Assembly: GCA_964528475.1 (NCBI GenBank) | Contig: CAZGSX010000004.1 | Location: forward strand, 1-62,462 | DNA from: an uncultured Anaerolineales bacterium | GTDB taxonomy: Bacteria; Chloroflexota; Anaerolineae; B4-G1 | Length of the DNA stretch: 62,462 nucleotides | Direction of reading: 5' to 3' | Shown here: piece after piece, positions 44,533 to 53,282 of the stretch | How positions within the stretch are numbered: the first letter of the stretch is position 1 | How the letters are laid out: each line of letters begins with the position of its first letter | Made by a program: the position numbers and the translations under genes | Notes under the pieces: model-generated | Seen by the model: the letters and a program-made list of their open reading frames with translations, nothing else | What the model was told of the DNA's origin: nothing | The model's database searches: none

Positions 44533-45495
44533 ATGCGTGTCGTCCATCACCTCAGAGATGTCTATCCCTCGGAGCGTGACTCAGCTCGCCGGTCTCACCT
44601 GACTATCGGCGTCTTCGACGGACTTCATCTCGGACATCGGAAGATCATCAGCGGGCTGGTCGATGCAGCCCATGCAGCACGAAGGGACGCCGTAGTCATC
44701 ACTTTTGACCCCCACCCTGCAGCTGTGCTGGGTAGAGGCGCACCGCTCCTGCTCACCACTGTCGGGGAGCGGCTCGACTTGATGGCGGCTCTGCAAGTGG
44801 ACACCGTGGTCGTCTTCCCGTTCACGGAGGCGGTCGTCCAGACCACGGCCGAGGACTTCGTCAACGATCTCAGCCATCATCTCCAGTTGGCGGAGATTCG
44901 CGTCGGACCAGACTTCACGTTAGGTCACGGGCAGGAGGGGGATGTTCATCATCTGAGGGTGCTGGGCACCCGTCTCGGTTTCGGGGTCACCGTGGTCGAA
45001 CCGGTGGCATGGCAAGGAGACGTGGTTCACAGCAGCAGAATACGTGATGCGCTGCAGCGGGGTGACCTTGAGGAGGCAAACGGCTGCCTGGGCAGGGCTT
45101 ACCGGCTATCTGGGGTGGTTGTGCACGGACGCGGTTTGGGACAAGACATAGGTGTGCCAACGGCCAACATCGCACCTCCGCCCAATCGGCTCGTCCCCGC
45201 TGGAGGAGTCTACGCCTGCCGCGCACACACGGAGCGCTGGGGGGCCTACGCCGCGGCTGTCAACGTTGGAACTCGCCCCACCTTCTCCACCCGGCCCAAT
45301 GTGCAGGGCTTGACCGTGGAGGCCCACCTGCTCGACTTTGACAGAAATCTGTACGATCAGGTGCTCACGTTGGCCTTCATCGCGCGCCTGCGCGATGAAC
45401 GGGCACACCCCACACTGAATGCCCTGGTCAGACAGGTGCGGGCGGATATCACCCAGACGCGCGCTCTGGTGGATGCGCCAGCCTGGCCGAGCTGA
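44533..45495 (+). CDS. ribF: bifunctional riboflavin kinase/FMN adenylyltransferase
   Basis: Has LTIGVFDGLHLGHRKI and a C-terminal riboflavin kinase domain (GRGLGQDIGVPTANI...GVNVGTRPTF). Confidence 0.9.
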   Translation: MRVVHHLRDVYPSERDSARRSHLTIGVFDGLHLGHRKIISGLVDAAHAARRDAVVITFDPHPAAVLGRGAPLLLTTVGERLDLMAALQVDTVVVFPFTEAVVQTTAEDFVNDLSHHLQLAEIRVGPDFTLGHGQEGDVHHLRVLGTRLGFGVTVVEPVAWQGDVVHSSRIRDALQRGDLEEANGCLGRAYRLSGVVVHGRGLGQDIGVPTANIAPPPNRLVPAGGVYACRAHTERWGAYAAAVNVGTRPTFSTRPNVQGLTVEAHLLDFDRNLYDQVLTLAFIARLRDERAHPTLNALVRQVRADITQTRALVDAPAWPS

Positions 45496-45500
45496 ACGTC

Positions 45501-46883
45501 CTACTGCAATCCGTCTATCTCAAACGAGAAGCCCAGTATCTCCAACAGAGCTGTCTCAGCATCCGGGGTCCCATACTGGAGCTCCACCACCTGCCGCTGC
45601 CCTGGTTCAACCCTCCAGGGGAGAGGCGGCGCCTCCATGATCCGCTGACCGGCTCCTGCGCTAGAGGACAGGTTAACATCGTCAGCTTCCACCACGAGGG
45701 GCTCCGTACCTCTGTTCTGCAGTTCGCCCTCGATGACGAGGATCGCTCCCCCGTCACCCAGGAACGCGTCCGTGATGATCACGTCAGGCTGCTCAGCAGG
45801 GCCTCCGTTGGCGATTTCACCCTCGTAGGGGATGCGTACGCTGGCAACTTCCGCCCCGGGACGGGGGGAGAACATCCACGTGAGGTCCCCCTGGGGTAGG
45901 GGAACGGGGACCAAGTATCCGGCGCTGGCCTGCGAAGATGCTCCTGGCTGCACGTCCCCACTCGGAGGACCCGACGCTCCAGCTGCGCTGGCCTGCGGAG
46001 AGAATGGATATCTGTTGCCCAGGTCATCGTGCAGCTCCATATTGAACAGGTCCGTCTGCAATGGCTCCCCGCCTGTGTTCTCAACGGAGAACTCCACAAG
46101 GAAGTGGGCGGTGCCCGGAGAGAGCTCACCACTAGTAGAAAGCTGCCCCTCGGCCACAGTAACCCTTGCCGCCCCCACATCGACCGCCTGTCCAACCTCT
46201 GCGGACGGGCCGGCTGAAGGTGGCTCCGTGGCCTCGCCTCCTGCGGCGTACTCGGCGATGGCGATCTGCCAGGTCTCGCTCTCCCCCAGCACCAATGTCA
46301 ACCTCGGTTCCTGCTGATCCAAAGCGACCTCAGCCCCCGGAGAGACTTGCTCGCGCTCACTGAAGCGGAATACAAGGACCGCTCCGTTGGTGAACTGGAG
46401 CCTGATCTCGTCACCCGGCGCAAGGCCTGCGATCATCTCCTGATTCGCCTCGTTGGGCTCCAACCCGACCACGTAGTTGACGACACTCCCGCAGACCCAC
46501 ACCGCTTGGCTCGATCGATCAGAGGGATGCACCCATGCGTCGTCTGGCGGCACAAAAGGCTCCACCGGATATGTGGCACCCTGGATGGTCAGTGACACAG
46601 GGAGAGCCATACTGATCTCCACGTCCCCACTGCTGAGGATGGTTCGACAACTCGGCGTCGGACCAGCAGATACAGCCTCCGTGGGGGTGACCTCCAGGCC
46701 ATCGGTGGGAACTGGCGTTTCCACGGTGGGCTGGGCTGGCCCCCGCAAGGCAATGTAGACCAAGATGGCCACGGCGACGAAGAGTAGAACCGCGCCGCTT
46801 ATAATGGACAGGATCAGAAGACGGCGACGAGATGTGGGATCAGGCTGCGACTGATGTTCGGATGTAGGCCTGGCGTCATTCAT
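45501..46883 (-). CDS. membrane-anchored extracytoplasmic protein (DUF4352-like repeats)
   Basis: 460 aa. N-terminal TM anchor (LLILSIISGAVLLFVAVAILVYIAL), then beta-rich modules with a ...FLVEFSVENTGGEPL...ELHDDLGNRY pattern. Confidence 0.6.
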   Translation of the reverse strand: MNDARPTSEHQSQPDPTSRRRLLILSIISGAVLLFVAVAILVYIALRGPAQPTVETPVPTDGLEVTPTEAVSAGPTPSCRTILSSGDVEISMALPVSLTIQGATYPVEPFVPPDDAWVHPSDRSSQAVWVCGSVVNYVVGLEPNEANQEMIAGLAPGDEIRLQFTNGAVLVFRFSEREQVSPGAEVALDQQEPRLTLVLGESETWQIAIAEYAAGGEATEPPSAGPSAEVGQAVDVGAARVTVAEGQLSTSGELSPGTAHFLVEFSVENTGGEPLQTDLFNMELHDDLGNRYPFSPQASAAGASGPPSGDVQPGASSQASAGYLVPVPLPQGDLTWMFSPRPGAEVASVRIPYEGEIANGGPAEQPDVIITDAFLGDGGAILVIEGELQNRGTEPLVVEADDVNLSSSAGAGQRIMEAPPLPWRVEPGQRQVVELQYGTPDAETALLEILGFSFEIDGLQ

Positions 46884-46886
46884 AAG

Positions 46887-48851
46887 CTACGGGCCTCCTC
46901 CGGAAACTGAACGCGGCGGCACACGGACGTGGATGCTCACCTCCTGTTGATCCTCGGCAGGGGCTGGGATCAGACGGCTAAAGCTCAGGAACGGGATGCT
47001 CACCCGTATGGGGCCCTGTGACGCCACTGTGAGCGCCAGTCTCCCCTGCGCGTCCGTAAACCCTTGGCCTAAGAGCTCGTCGGTGGCGACCTCGTAAGCG
47101 TAGGCGGAGATGCCTCTGATACCCTCGCCTGCACCCGGCTGCCCGTCCCCGTTGGCGTCATAGTAGACCAATAGGTCAATGGGGACGAACCTGGAAGCCG
47201 GCGTAGGGACAGGTGTGGGTGTGGTCATGGCGCGCACTGACAAGCCCTCAGCCTCCACGGTGGGGGTGGCAATGGGCGATTCCACCGACGTGGGCGTCAT
47301 CGTCGGCGTCGGGGCAGGCAGCTTCCCAGAGGAATCCGGGGTGGCCGGGGTCTCGGCCGGACGGGTCACCTCGATCGGGGTGGTGCTCTTCGCGCAGCGA
47401 AGGGAGTAACTGCTGTTCATTACATCGCTGGGCGTGCGCTCTCCCGTGCCCACAAGAATGTAGAGCCAACCTGTGTACGTCGCGTAGTAGCTCAGCCCCG
47501 CGTTGTAGTTGCAGGGTGCGAGATCATCGTTGCCGCCGATAGCATGATCCCAAGAGGGACCCGAAAACATAATCATGTTCGGATCAACGCCAGGCGCAAG
47601 ATTGGATGTCTCACAGCGAAAATGCAGCCCTTCCTTGACCCAGACCTTGTAGAAGTCATTGTCCGGGCCCTCTTCAAAAGCGGGCACGAAATTGAACTCC
47701 AACGTCTCGTTCACAGGAATGACACACGCGCTGCCAAAGCTATGATTGGGCTCACAGTCATCCGCTGTGCCCCGCGGCGTAGCGCCGGGGGTTGGCGACG
47801 GCCCGGGCGTCACCGTGGCGGGTGCACTCACCTCGTCCAGCGTAAGGTTGTAGCTCCCCACCGAGTCGACGTTGTTATGGACAACGATATAGTAATAGCC
47901 GTCATAGTCCGCCTTCCACGTAGCCTGGGATGCCAGTCCACCGGCGCCATCGTCGTCCCTGGCCACCCTGGTGCGGCTCCGATTGTAGATCTCGACAAGG
48001 GTATCGACTAGGTTCAGGTCACTGGTCGTTGCCTGGTACCAACGTCCTTCCTTGGTATAGAAGCGGAAATAGTCCACATCATCCACGGTGTGGAAGGTCA
48101 GCTGCAGCAGGATTGGGACCTGAATTGGCAGCGTCGGTTCCTCCCGATCGGCTTCCTCGAAACTATTGTTGGGCTCATAGTCGTCCGCCTCCGCGCTAGG
48201 CGCAGGCGTCAGCGTTGGCGTAGCTGTGGGCTGATCCTTGGAAGCATTCAGGTGGTACGTACGCCCGCTACAGTCCTGGGTGATCTGAAACACGCGCACG
48301 AAGTAGGGCCCGATATTGTCGGCGGTGAAGCTTACCTGCCCTTGATTGTCCAGTGCATCTCCATCACTGACAAGCTCGGTGTAGTCATCGCGATAAACGA
48401 TGACCCCGAGATTGTAGTTTCTGGTCCTATCGGGGACCGCCTCTACTTCATACCGGGCCCCAACCTGGGCGTTATCAAGCCTGAACCAATCCTCGTGGAC
48501 AGCGACTTCCCGCTGTTCGCCCGGCGGAACCTCTGTCTCTTCGATCAGCGCCAGGTTATCATAGCTCGACAGGGTTGTCGCCTTGTTCTCGGCACAGTAC
48601 TGAACACTCTCCCCGACAGGGCACGCATTGACGTTGTTCAAGCTGTCTGTGGTGGTGTAGGTGACGGTGCAGAAGACCTCGTTACCCTGGTACAAGGGCG
48701 CATAGATCCCCTTTTCAAGCACCTCGAACGGATCCGCGCTCGAGGCAGAAGCAGCTATCACGGCCGTGGAATAGCGGGGCAGTGCGGACAGACCCAGCAG
48801 CAGGCCCAGACCTGCTGCTATTGTCGCAATGACGATGTAAGTTCGCTTCAT
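46887..48851 (-). CDS. secreted multidomain protein with pre-peptidase C-terminal (PPC)-like domains
   Basis: Signal peptide after ATG 48851. Two DDxEPNxSF...DxDYF(R/K) modules separated by Pro/Thr linkers. The C-terminal region has a DANGDG motif. Confidence 0.65.
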   Translation of the reverse strand: MKRTYIVIATIAAGLGLLLGLSALPRYSTAVIAASASSADPFEVLEKGIYAPLYQGNEVFCTVTYTTTDSLNNVNACPVGESVQYCAENKATTLSSYDNLALIEETEVPPGEQREVAVHEDWFRLDNAQVGARYEVEAVPDRTRNYNLGVIVYRDDYTELVSDGDALDNQGQVSFTADNIGPYFVRVFQITQDCSGRTYHLNASKDQPTATPTLTPAPSAEADDYEPNNSFEEADREEPTLPIQVPILLQLTFHTVDDVDYFRFYTKEGRWYQATTSDLNLVDTLVEIYNRSRTRVARDDDGAGGLASQATWKADYDGYYYIVVHNNVDSVGSYNLTLDEVSAPATVTPGPSPTPGATPRGTADDCEPNHSFGSACVIPVNETLEFNFVPAFEEGPDNDFYKVWVKEGLHFRCETSNLAPGVDPNMIMFSGPSWDHAIGGNDDLAPCNYNAGLSYYATYTGWLYILVGTGERTPSDVMNSSYSLRCAKSTTPIEVTRPAETPATPDSSGKLPAPTPTMTPTSVESPIATPTVEAEGLSVRAMTTPTPVPTPASRFVPIDLLVYYDANGDGQPGAGEGIRGISAYAYEVATDELLGQGFTDAQGRLALTVASQGPIRVSIPFLSFSRLIPAPAEDQQEVSIHVRVPPRSVSGGGP

Positions 48852-48897
48852 GGAAGCTTGCCTCCTCACGCCCAACGGCGTGTGATGAACTCTCGCT

Positions 48898-48926
48898 ACT
48901 ATACCACAATCCATACCATAGTTCAA
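48898..48926 (-). promoter_or_regulatory. promoter of the secreted-protein pair
   Basis: Minus strand: TTGAAC (48926-48921), 17 nt, TATAGT (48903-48898). It lies directly after an 11-bp inverted repeat GCCTCTGCGAC/GTCGCAGAGGC (48927-48988) downstream of era. Confidence 0.5.
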
Positions 48927-49001
48927 GCCTCTGCGACGGGGCCCCGCGGGCGCCACGATGCGGTCTGGCAGAGCTTCGTCGCAGAGGCGACATCTGGGGG
49001 G

Positions 49002-49946
49002 CTAAGTGGACTCGAACCCCAGACGGCGGAGCTCCCTCTCGTCCTCACGCCAGCCCTCGCGCACCTTGACCCACAGGTCCAGATAGACCCGCCCACCCAC
49101 GAGCCGTTCGACCGCCTGCCGAGCCTGCGAGCCAATCTTCCTGATCATCCGCCCTCCGCGTCCAATGACAATCCCCTTCTGCGATGCCCTCTCCACGAAC
49201 ACGTTGGCAGCGATGTACGTGACACCCTGCTCTCGCTCCTTGAACTCCTCAACCACGACAGCAACCGAGTGCGGTACCTCCTGATAGGTATGGCGCAGAA
49301 CCTGCTCTCTGATGAGCTCGGCAACAATCTCGCGCTCCGTCTGATCGGTGATGTACTCGCGCGGGTAGTAACGAGGGCCCTCGGGAAGCAGCTCGACGAT
49401 CTTGTCCAGCAGCGCGCCAAGGTTTACGCCTTCGGTGGCCACCGTCATCATCCACTCATCGTGGAAGGGTGCCAAATCCCAGTAGGCTTCCGTGTGCGGC
49501 TCCACCTTATCTGGGGGCAGGAGATCCATCTTATTGAGGACCAAAATCGTCGACAGCTCTGTGCGCCGCTTCAGCATGTCTGCAATCATCCGATCCTCTT
49601 CGTTTGGCATCACCGAGGCATCCACCATGAACAGTACCACGTCCGCCTCAGGTATGACATTGGTCGCAGTGTTGACCATGATCTGTCCCAACTTGTGAAA
49701 GGGGCGATGAATGCCAGGCGTGTCCACGAAGACCACCTGAAATCCCTCTCGAGTCAGGATGCCCAGAATTCGGCTACGGGTAGTCTGGGGCTTGGACGAC
49801 ACGATGGCCACCTTCTCACCGACAAATCGATTCATCAATGTGGACTTGCCCACATTGGGGCGGCCGATAACGGCCACGAACCCCGACTTATGGCCCTCCG
49901 GCACCGCATACGGATCAGATCGCTCATCGTTCAAGACATGGGACAT
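49002..49946 (-). CDS. era: GTPase Era
   Basis: Has GRPNVGKSTLMN, DTPG and NKMD, plus a C-terminal KH domain (VERASQKGIVIGRGG). Confidence 0.95.
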   Translation of the reverse strand: MSHVLNDERSDPYAVPEGHKSGFVAVIGRPNVGKSTLMNRFVGEKVAIVSSKPQTTRSRILGILTREGFQVVFVDTPGIHRPFHKLGQIMVNTATNVIPEADVVLFMVDASVMPNEEDRMIADMLKRRTELSTILVLNKMDLLPPDKVEPHTEAYWDLAPFHDEWMMTVATEGVNLGALLDKIVELLPEGPRYYPREYITDQTEREIVAELIREQVLRHTYQEVPHSVAVVVEEFKEREQGVTYIAANVFVERASQKGIVIGRGGRMIRKIGSQARQAVERLVGGRVYLDLWVKVREGWREDERELRRLGFEST

Positions 49947-50123
49947 GAATTGCATCCCTCCCCTCTGCAATTGCCCGCCAGCCGTGTCCATGACGGCAGC
50001 CTCTTGATGGCCATCAGTCGGCGGCCCCTCGGGAGCAGCGGACCATTACCCCTGGATGTCCTGCGATACTTGCATCCCACCGGGGCAGCGTAACGACAGA
50101 GGCATCAGCACGGCACGACGCAT

Positions 50124-50768
50124 TCACGACCCTCGTCCCTGCTCACTACCTTCCGGCACCAAATAGATCCCGGGCCAGCTGGTCAGAGTCACCACCCCTT
50201 TGACGATCACGTTCGAGAGGAAGATCGACCACACGGTCGCGGTGGGGAATCGCCCACCGAAGGCGCCCCAGACGAATATCAGGCTGTCAACTGGGATGCT
50301 GAAGCTATTGGTCACCAACACCCTGGACCACTGGAAACGCCGGGTCACCCTGGTGACCCACAGGTGGTAGATCTCCGTATCGGCAAGCTCGCTGACTACC
50401 TCGGCAGCGATGGAGGCGAGCACGATGCGCCACGCGGGTAGAAGCACGGCGGCGAACTCGCCTTGAAGCGGCCATGTCGGATCGGGAGGAAGCCAAGCGG
50501 CAAAGCTGAAGAGGGCGGCCATGACCAGGTTGATCGCGGCGGCAGCCACGATCACGGCTCGCGCAGCGCTCCGGCCCAGCAACTTGTGCACCATATCACG
50601 GAGCGTGAACGTGAGGGGATAGATGAAGGTGCCAGCATCGATGCTGAAGCCGGCCACCGAGGCAATCTTGAGGCTCAGCACGTCGGCCAGCATCTGAGCG
50701 GCGACGTACGCGGCCACCACCCACACGCCCACGACGGAGGAAACCCCTTCGTAATCGGATCTTTTCAT
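50124..50768 (-). CDS. yhhQ: queuosine-precursor transporter (YhhQ/VUT family)
   Basis: 214 aa, 6 TM. Has AGTFIYPLTFTLRDMVHK and DSLIFV, typical of the family. Confidence 0.8.
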   Translation of the reverse strand: MKRSDYEGVSSVVGVWVVAAYVAAQMLADVLSLKIASVAGFSIDAGTFIYPLTFTLRDMVHKLLGRSAARAVIVAAAAINLVMAALFSFAAWLPPDPTWPLQGEFAAVLLPAWRIVLASIAAEVVSELADTEIYHLWVTRVTRRFQWSRVLVTNSFSIPVDSLIFVWGAFGGRFPTATVWSIFLSNVIVKGVVTLTSWPGIYLVPEGSEQGRGS

Positions 50769-50820
50769 GGCCTCGAACTAGCCCACTCCTCTGGAACCAA
50801 CAACCAGCCCAGAGACAAAT

Positions 50821-50855
50821 GAGGCTCGCTCCTGTATCTGACAGGAGCGAGCCTC
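50821..50855 (-). terminator. perfect 15-bp hairpin downstream of the EF-G paralog
   Basis: GAGGCTCGCTCCTGT, 5-nt loop, ACAGGAGCGAGCCTC. On the minus strand it is followed by ATTTGTCTCT. It lies 105 nt after the upstream stop and 52 nt before the yhhQ ATG. Confidence 0.55.
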
Positions 50856-50960
50856 GCGACCGTCTACCATTTCAGATGCCAGCGACCGGCGATGCACCAC
50901 CAGGGTGAGGGCTCGACCGAGCACGTCATCCCCCCAACCGGCGTGGCGTCAGCAGGGGTT

Positions 50961-53024
50961 TTAGGACTCCTGTTCCCGCTGGTGTGCCTGGACAATCTCC
51001 TCCATGAGATGAGATGGAACGGGTTCGTAGTGGTCAAATGCCATCAAGAAGAGTCCACGCCCCTGCGTCAGACTTCGCAGGTCTGTCGCATAGCGCTGCA
51101 TCTCGGCGAAGGGTGCCCGGGCATTGATGACTGTCTTGCCGGCACGCTGATCCATGCCAAGAACCTGGGCGCGTCGGGTGTTGAGGTCGCCGATTATGTC
51201 ACCCGTATACTCCTCGGGAACAGTCACAGAGACCGTGTAGATGGGCTCCAGAAGCGTGGGACCTGCTCCCCTCATCACTCGCTTGAAGACCTCTCGGCCC
51301 GCAATCTGGAAAGCGATATCCTTCGAATCAACCGGATGTTCTTTGCCATCATACACCACCGCCCTCACATCCACCACCGGGTATCCAGCGATGACGCCTT
51401 GCTGCATCACCTGCCGGATGCCTTTCTCGATGGAGCCTTGGAATCCGGTCGAGATAGCCCCGCCGCTGACCGCCCACTCATACTCGAACCCGCTGCCTCG
51501 GGGCAGAGGCTCCAGCCGCAGATGGACCTCAGCGAACTGACCCGCGCCACCGGTCTGCTTCTTGTGACGGTAGCGGTCACCGTAAGTGCGCGTGACCGTC
51601 TCACGATAGGGCACCTTCGGGGTGGATGTGTCCACCTCCACGTCGAACCGATTGGACATGCGCCGGACGGCAATATCGACGTGCGCGCCTCCCATCCCCT
51701 CCAGAAGCATCTGCTTCGTGCTGGGCTCTTGGCGCCAGCGAAGGGTGGGATCCTCCTCACAGATCCGGGTCATCGTGGGACCCAGCTTGGCCTGATCAGC
51801 CTTGCTCCTAGGCGAGACTGCCACGCTGTAAACAGGGGACGGAAACTCTGGCCCCGGCAGCGTCACAGGATGTTCCTGATCGCACAGTGTATCGCCGGTC
51901 AACGTGTCCGTGAGCTTGGCGACCGCGCCAACATCGCCCGCCTGCAGTTGAGACACACTGATCTGTTCTTTGCCCCGCATGACATAGAGCTGTCCGAGCC
52001 GTTCCTCGTCACCCGTCCGTGTGTTGAGCACCCGGGTATCGGAGGCCATCACACCGCGGAAGACACGGAAATAGGTCAGTTTGCCCACGTAGGGGTCAGC
52101 CGTCGTCTTGAACACAAGGGCAGCCAATGGCCCATCAGAATCGGCCGTGATCGTCTCCTCGCCATCCGGGCCCTCCGCCACCTCGCCCTCGCGGTCAGCA
52201 GGAGAAGGAGCGTAGTTGACCAGGGTCTCCAACACGGCTCTGGTCCCAATGTTCGCCGTGGCCGCGGTGACCATGACCGGGATCGCCGCCCCCTCCAGAA
52301 TGGCCGCTCTCAGACCACGCCGAATCTCCTCTTCGCTCAGCTCCTCGCCCTCTAGGTACTTCATGATCAGCTCATCGTCGGCCTCTGCAGCAGCCTCGAT
52401 CAGCTGAACCCGTGCATCCTCAGTCTGGTCGACAAGATCGGTTGGAATATCGTCAGGCGTGCCCTCCGGACCCATGAGGGCCTGCATATTCACGACATCC
52501 ACAACGCCGGAACACTGCTCGGCCGCACCAATCGGCAGATGGGTGACAACAAAGTTCTCCCCAAACGTCTCGTGAAGCTCCTCCAATGTGCGGTTAACGT
52601 CGACGTTCTCTCGATTGATCTTGTTGATCACGACCAGCCGAGGCAGAGCTCGCTCCTCGGCGAATCTCCAAACCAGCTCAGTGCCCACCTCGACGCCGCT
52701 GACGGCATCGACCACCACGACAGCCGCATCCGCCACGCGCACCGCGCTCTTGGCTTCCCCGATGAAGTCCGTGTAGCCAGGCGTATCCAGCACATTGATC
52801 TTGTGGCCCGCCCACTCGACCGGAACCAGGGCCAGGTTGAGGGATATGTTCCGGCGCCTCTCCTCCTCATCGTAGTCGGCAACCGTGGTGCCCTCCTCAA
52901 CGTTGCCCATGCGATTGACGGCCCCGCTGGTATAAAGCATCGCTTCTGCCAGAGAGGTCTTGCCAGAGCTGCCATGGCCCAGCAGAACAATATTGCGCAG
53001 TTGTTCGGTATGATAGTCCTTCAT
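50961..53024 (-). CDS. elongation factor G paralog (EF-G2-like translational GTPase)
   Basis: 687 aa. G domain GHGSSGKTSL, DTPGYTDF and NKINR. Domains II-V are EF-G-like. It is not in an rpsL-rpsG-fusA context. Confidence 0.9.
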   Translation of the reverse strand: MKDYHTEQLRNIVLLGHGSSGKTSLAEAMLYTSGAVNRMGNVEEGTTVADYDEEERRRNISLNLALVPVEWAGHKINVLDTPGYTDFIGEAKSAVRVADAAVVVVDAVSGVEVGTELVWRFAEERALPRLVVINKINRENVDVNRTLEELHETFGENFVVTHLPIGAAEQCSGVVDVVNMQALMGPEGTPDDIPTDLVDQTEDARVQLIEAAAEADDELIMKYLEGEELSEEEIRRGLRAAILEGAAIPVMVTAATANIGTRAVLETLVNYAPSPADREGEVAEGPDGEETITADSDGPLAALVFKTTADPYVGKLTYFRVFRGVMASDTRVLNTRTGDEERLGQLYVMRGKEQISVSQLQAGDVGAVAKLTDTLTGDTLCDQEHPVTLPGPEFPSPVYSVAVSPRSKADQAKLGPTMTRICEEDPTLRWRQEPSTKQMLLEGMGGAHVDIAVRRMSNRFDVEVDTSTPKVPYRETVTRTYGDRYRHKKQTGGAGQFAEVHLRLEPLPRGSGFEYEWAVSGGAISTGFQGSIEKGIRQVMQQGVIAGYPVVDVRAVVYDGKEHPVDSKDIAFQIAGREVFKRVMRGAGPTLLEPIYTVSVTVPEEYTGDIIGDLNTRRAQVLGMDQRAGKTVINARAPFAEMQRYATDLRSLTQGRGLFLMAFDHYEPVPSHLMEEIVQAHQREQES

Positions 53025-53161
53025 CGAGACTGTGACTCCCTTACATCTGGTGTATAAAACTCGACATACAAAACATTATCCGTGGCAATGCGAGTCCCCC
53101 ACGGATACATCTCCCGCTGTGCTCTCGGCGGTCTGTTCAACACAGGCCGCAGCAACGCCCT

Positions 53162-53190
53162 ATTCTAAACGAGAATGATACAGCTGTCAA
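53162..53190 (-). promoter_or_regulatory. promoter of the EF-G paralog
   Basis: Minus strand: TTGACA (53190-53185), 17 nt, TAGAAT (53167-53162). Confidence 0.5.
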
Positions 53191-53219
53191 TTGCCGTCCG
53201 GACTAAACCGATGTACACT
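53191..53219 (+). promoter_or_regulatory. candidate promoter of the beta-eliminating lyase gene
   Basis: TTGCCG (53191-53196), 17 nt, TACACT (53214-53219). Its -35 abuts the divergent -35, giving TGTCAATTGCCG. Confidence 0.4.
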
Positions 53220-53282
53220 CCTATCAGCCATCTACGCGAGGCTCATCCCGCGGCAGCATCCAACATCGGTAAAGGAGTGAGC

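Noticed and set aside
48090-50093. 667-aa plus-strand ORF, the longest non-annotated ORF in the track
   Set aside because: It lies antisense to the PPC-domain protein and era, both of which have clear family signatures. The translation is Arg/Gly/His-rich with no recognisable motif. This is a typical shadow ORF in high-GC DNA.
50769-50860. preQ1 riboswitch upstream of yhhQ
   Set aside because: The sequence CUGGGCUGGUUGUUGGUUCCAGAGGAGUGGGCUAG lacks the conserved P1/CCCUC pairing and the A-rich tail of preQ1-I, and I could not fit class II or III. It is kept only as an unexplained leader (see findings).
50892-52355. 487-aa plus-strand ORF
   Set aside because: It is antisense to the EF-G paralog and is a shadow ORF.
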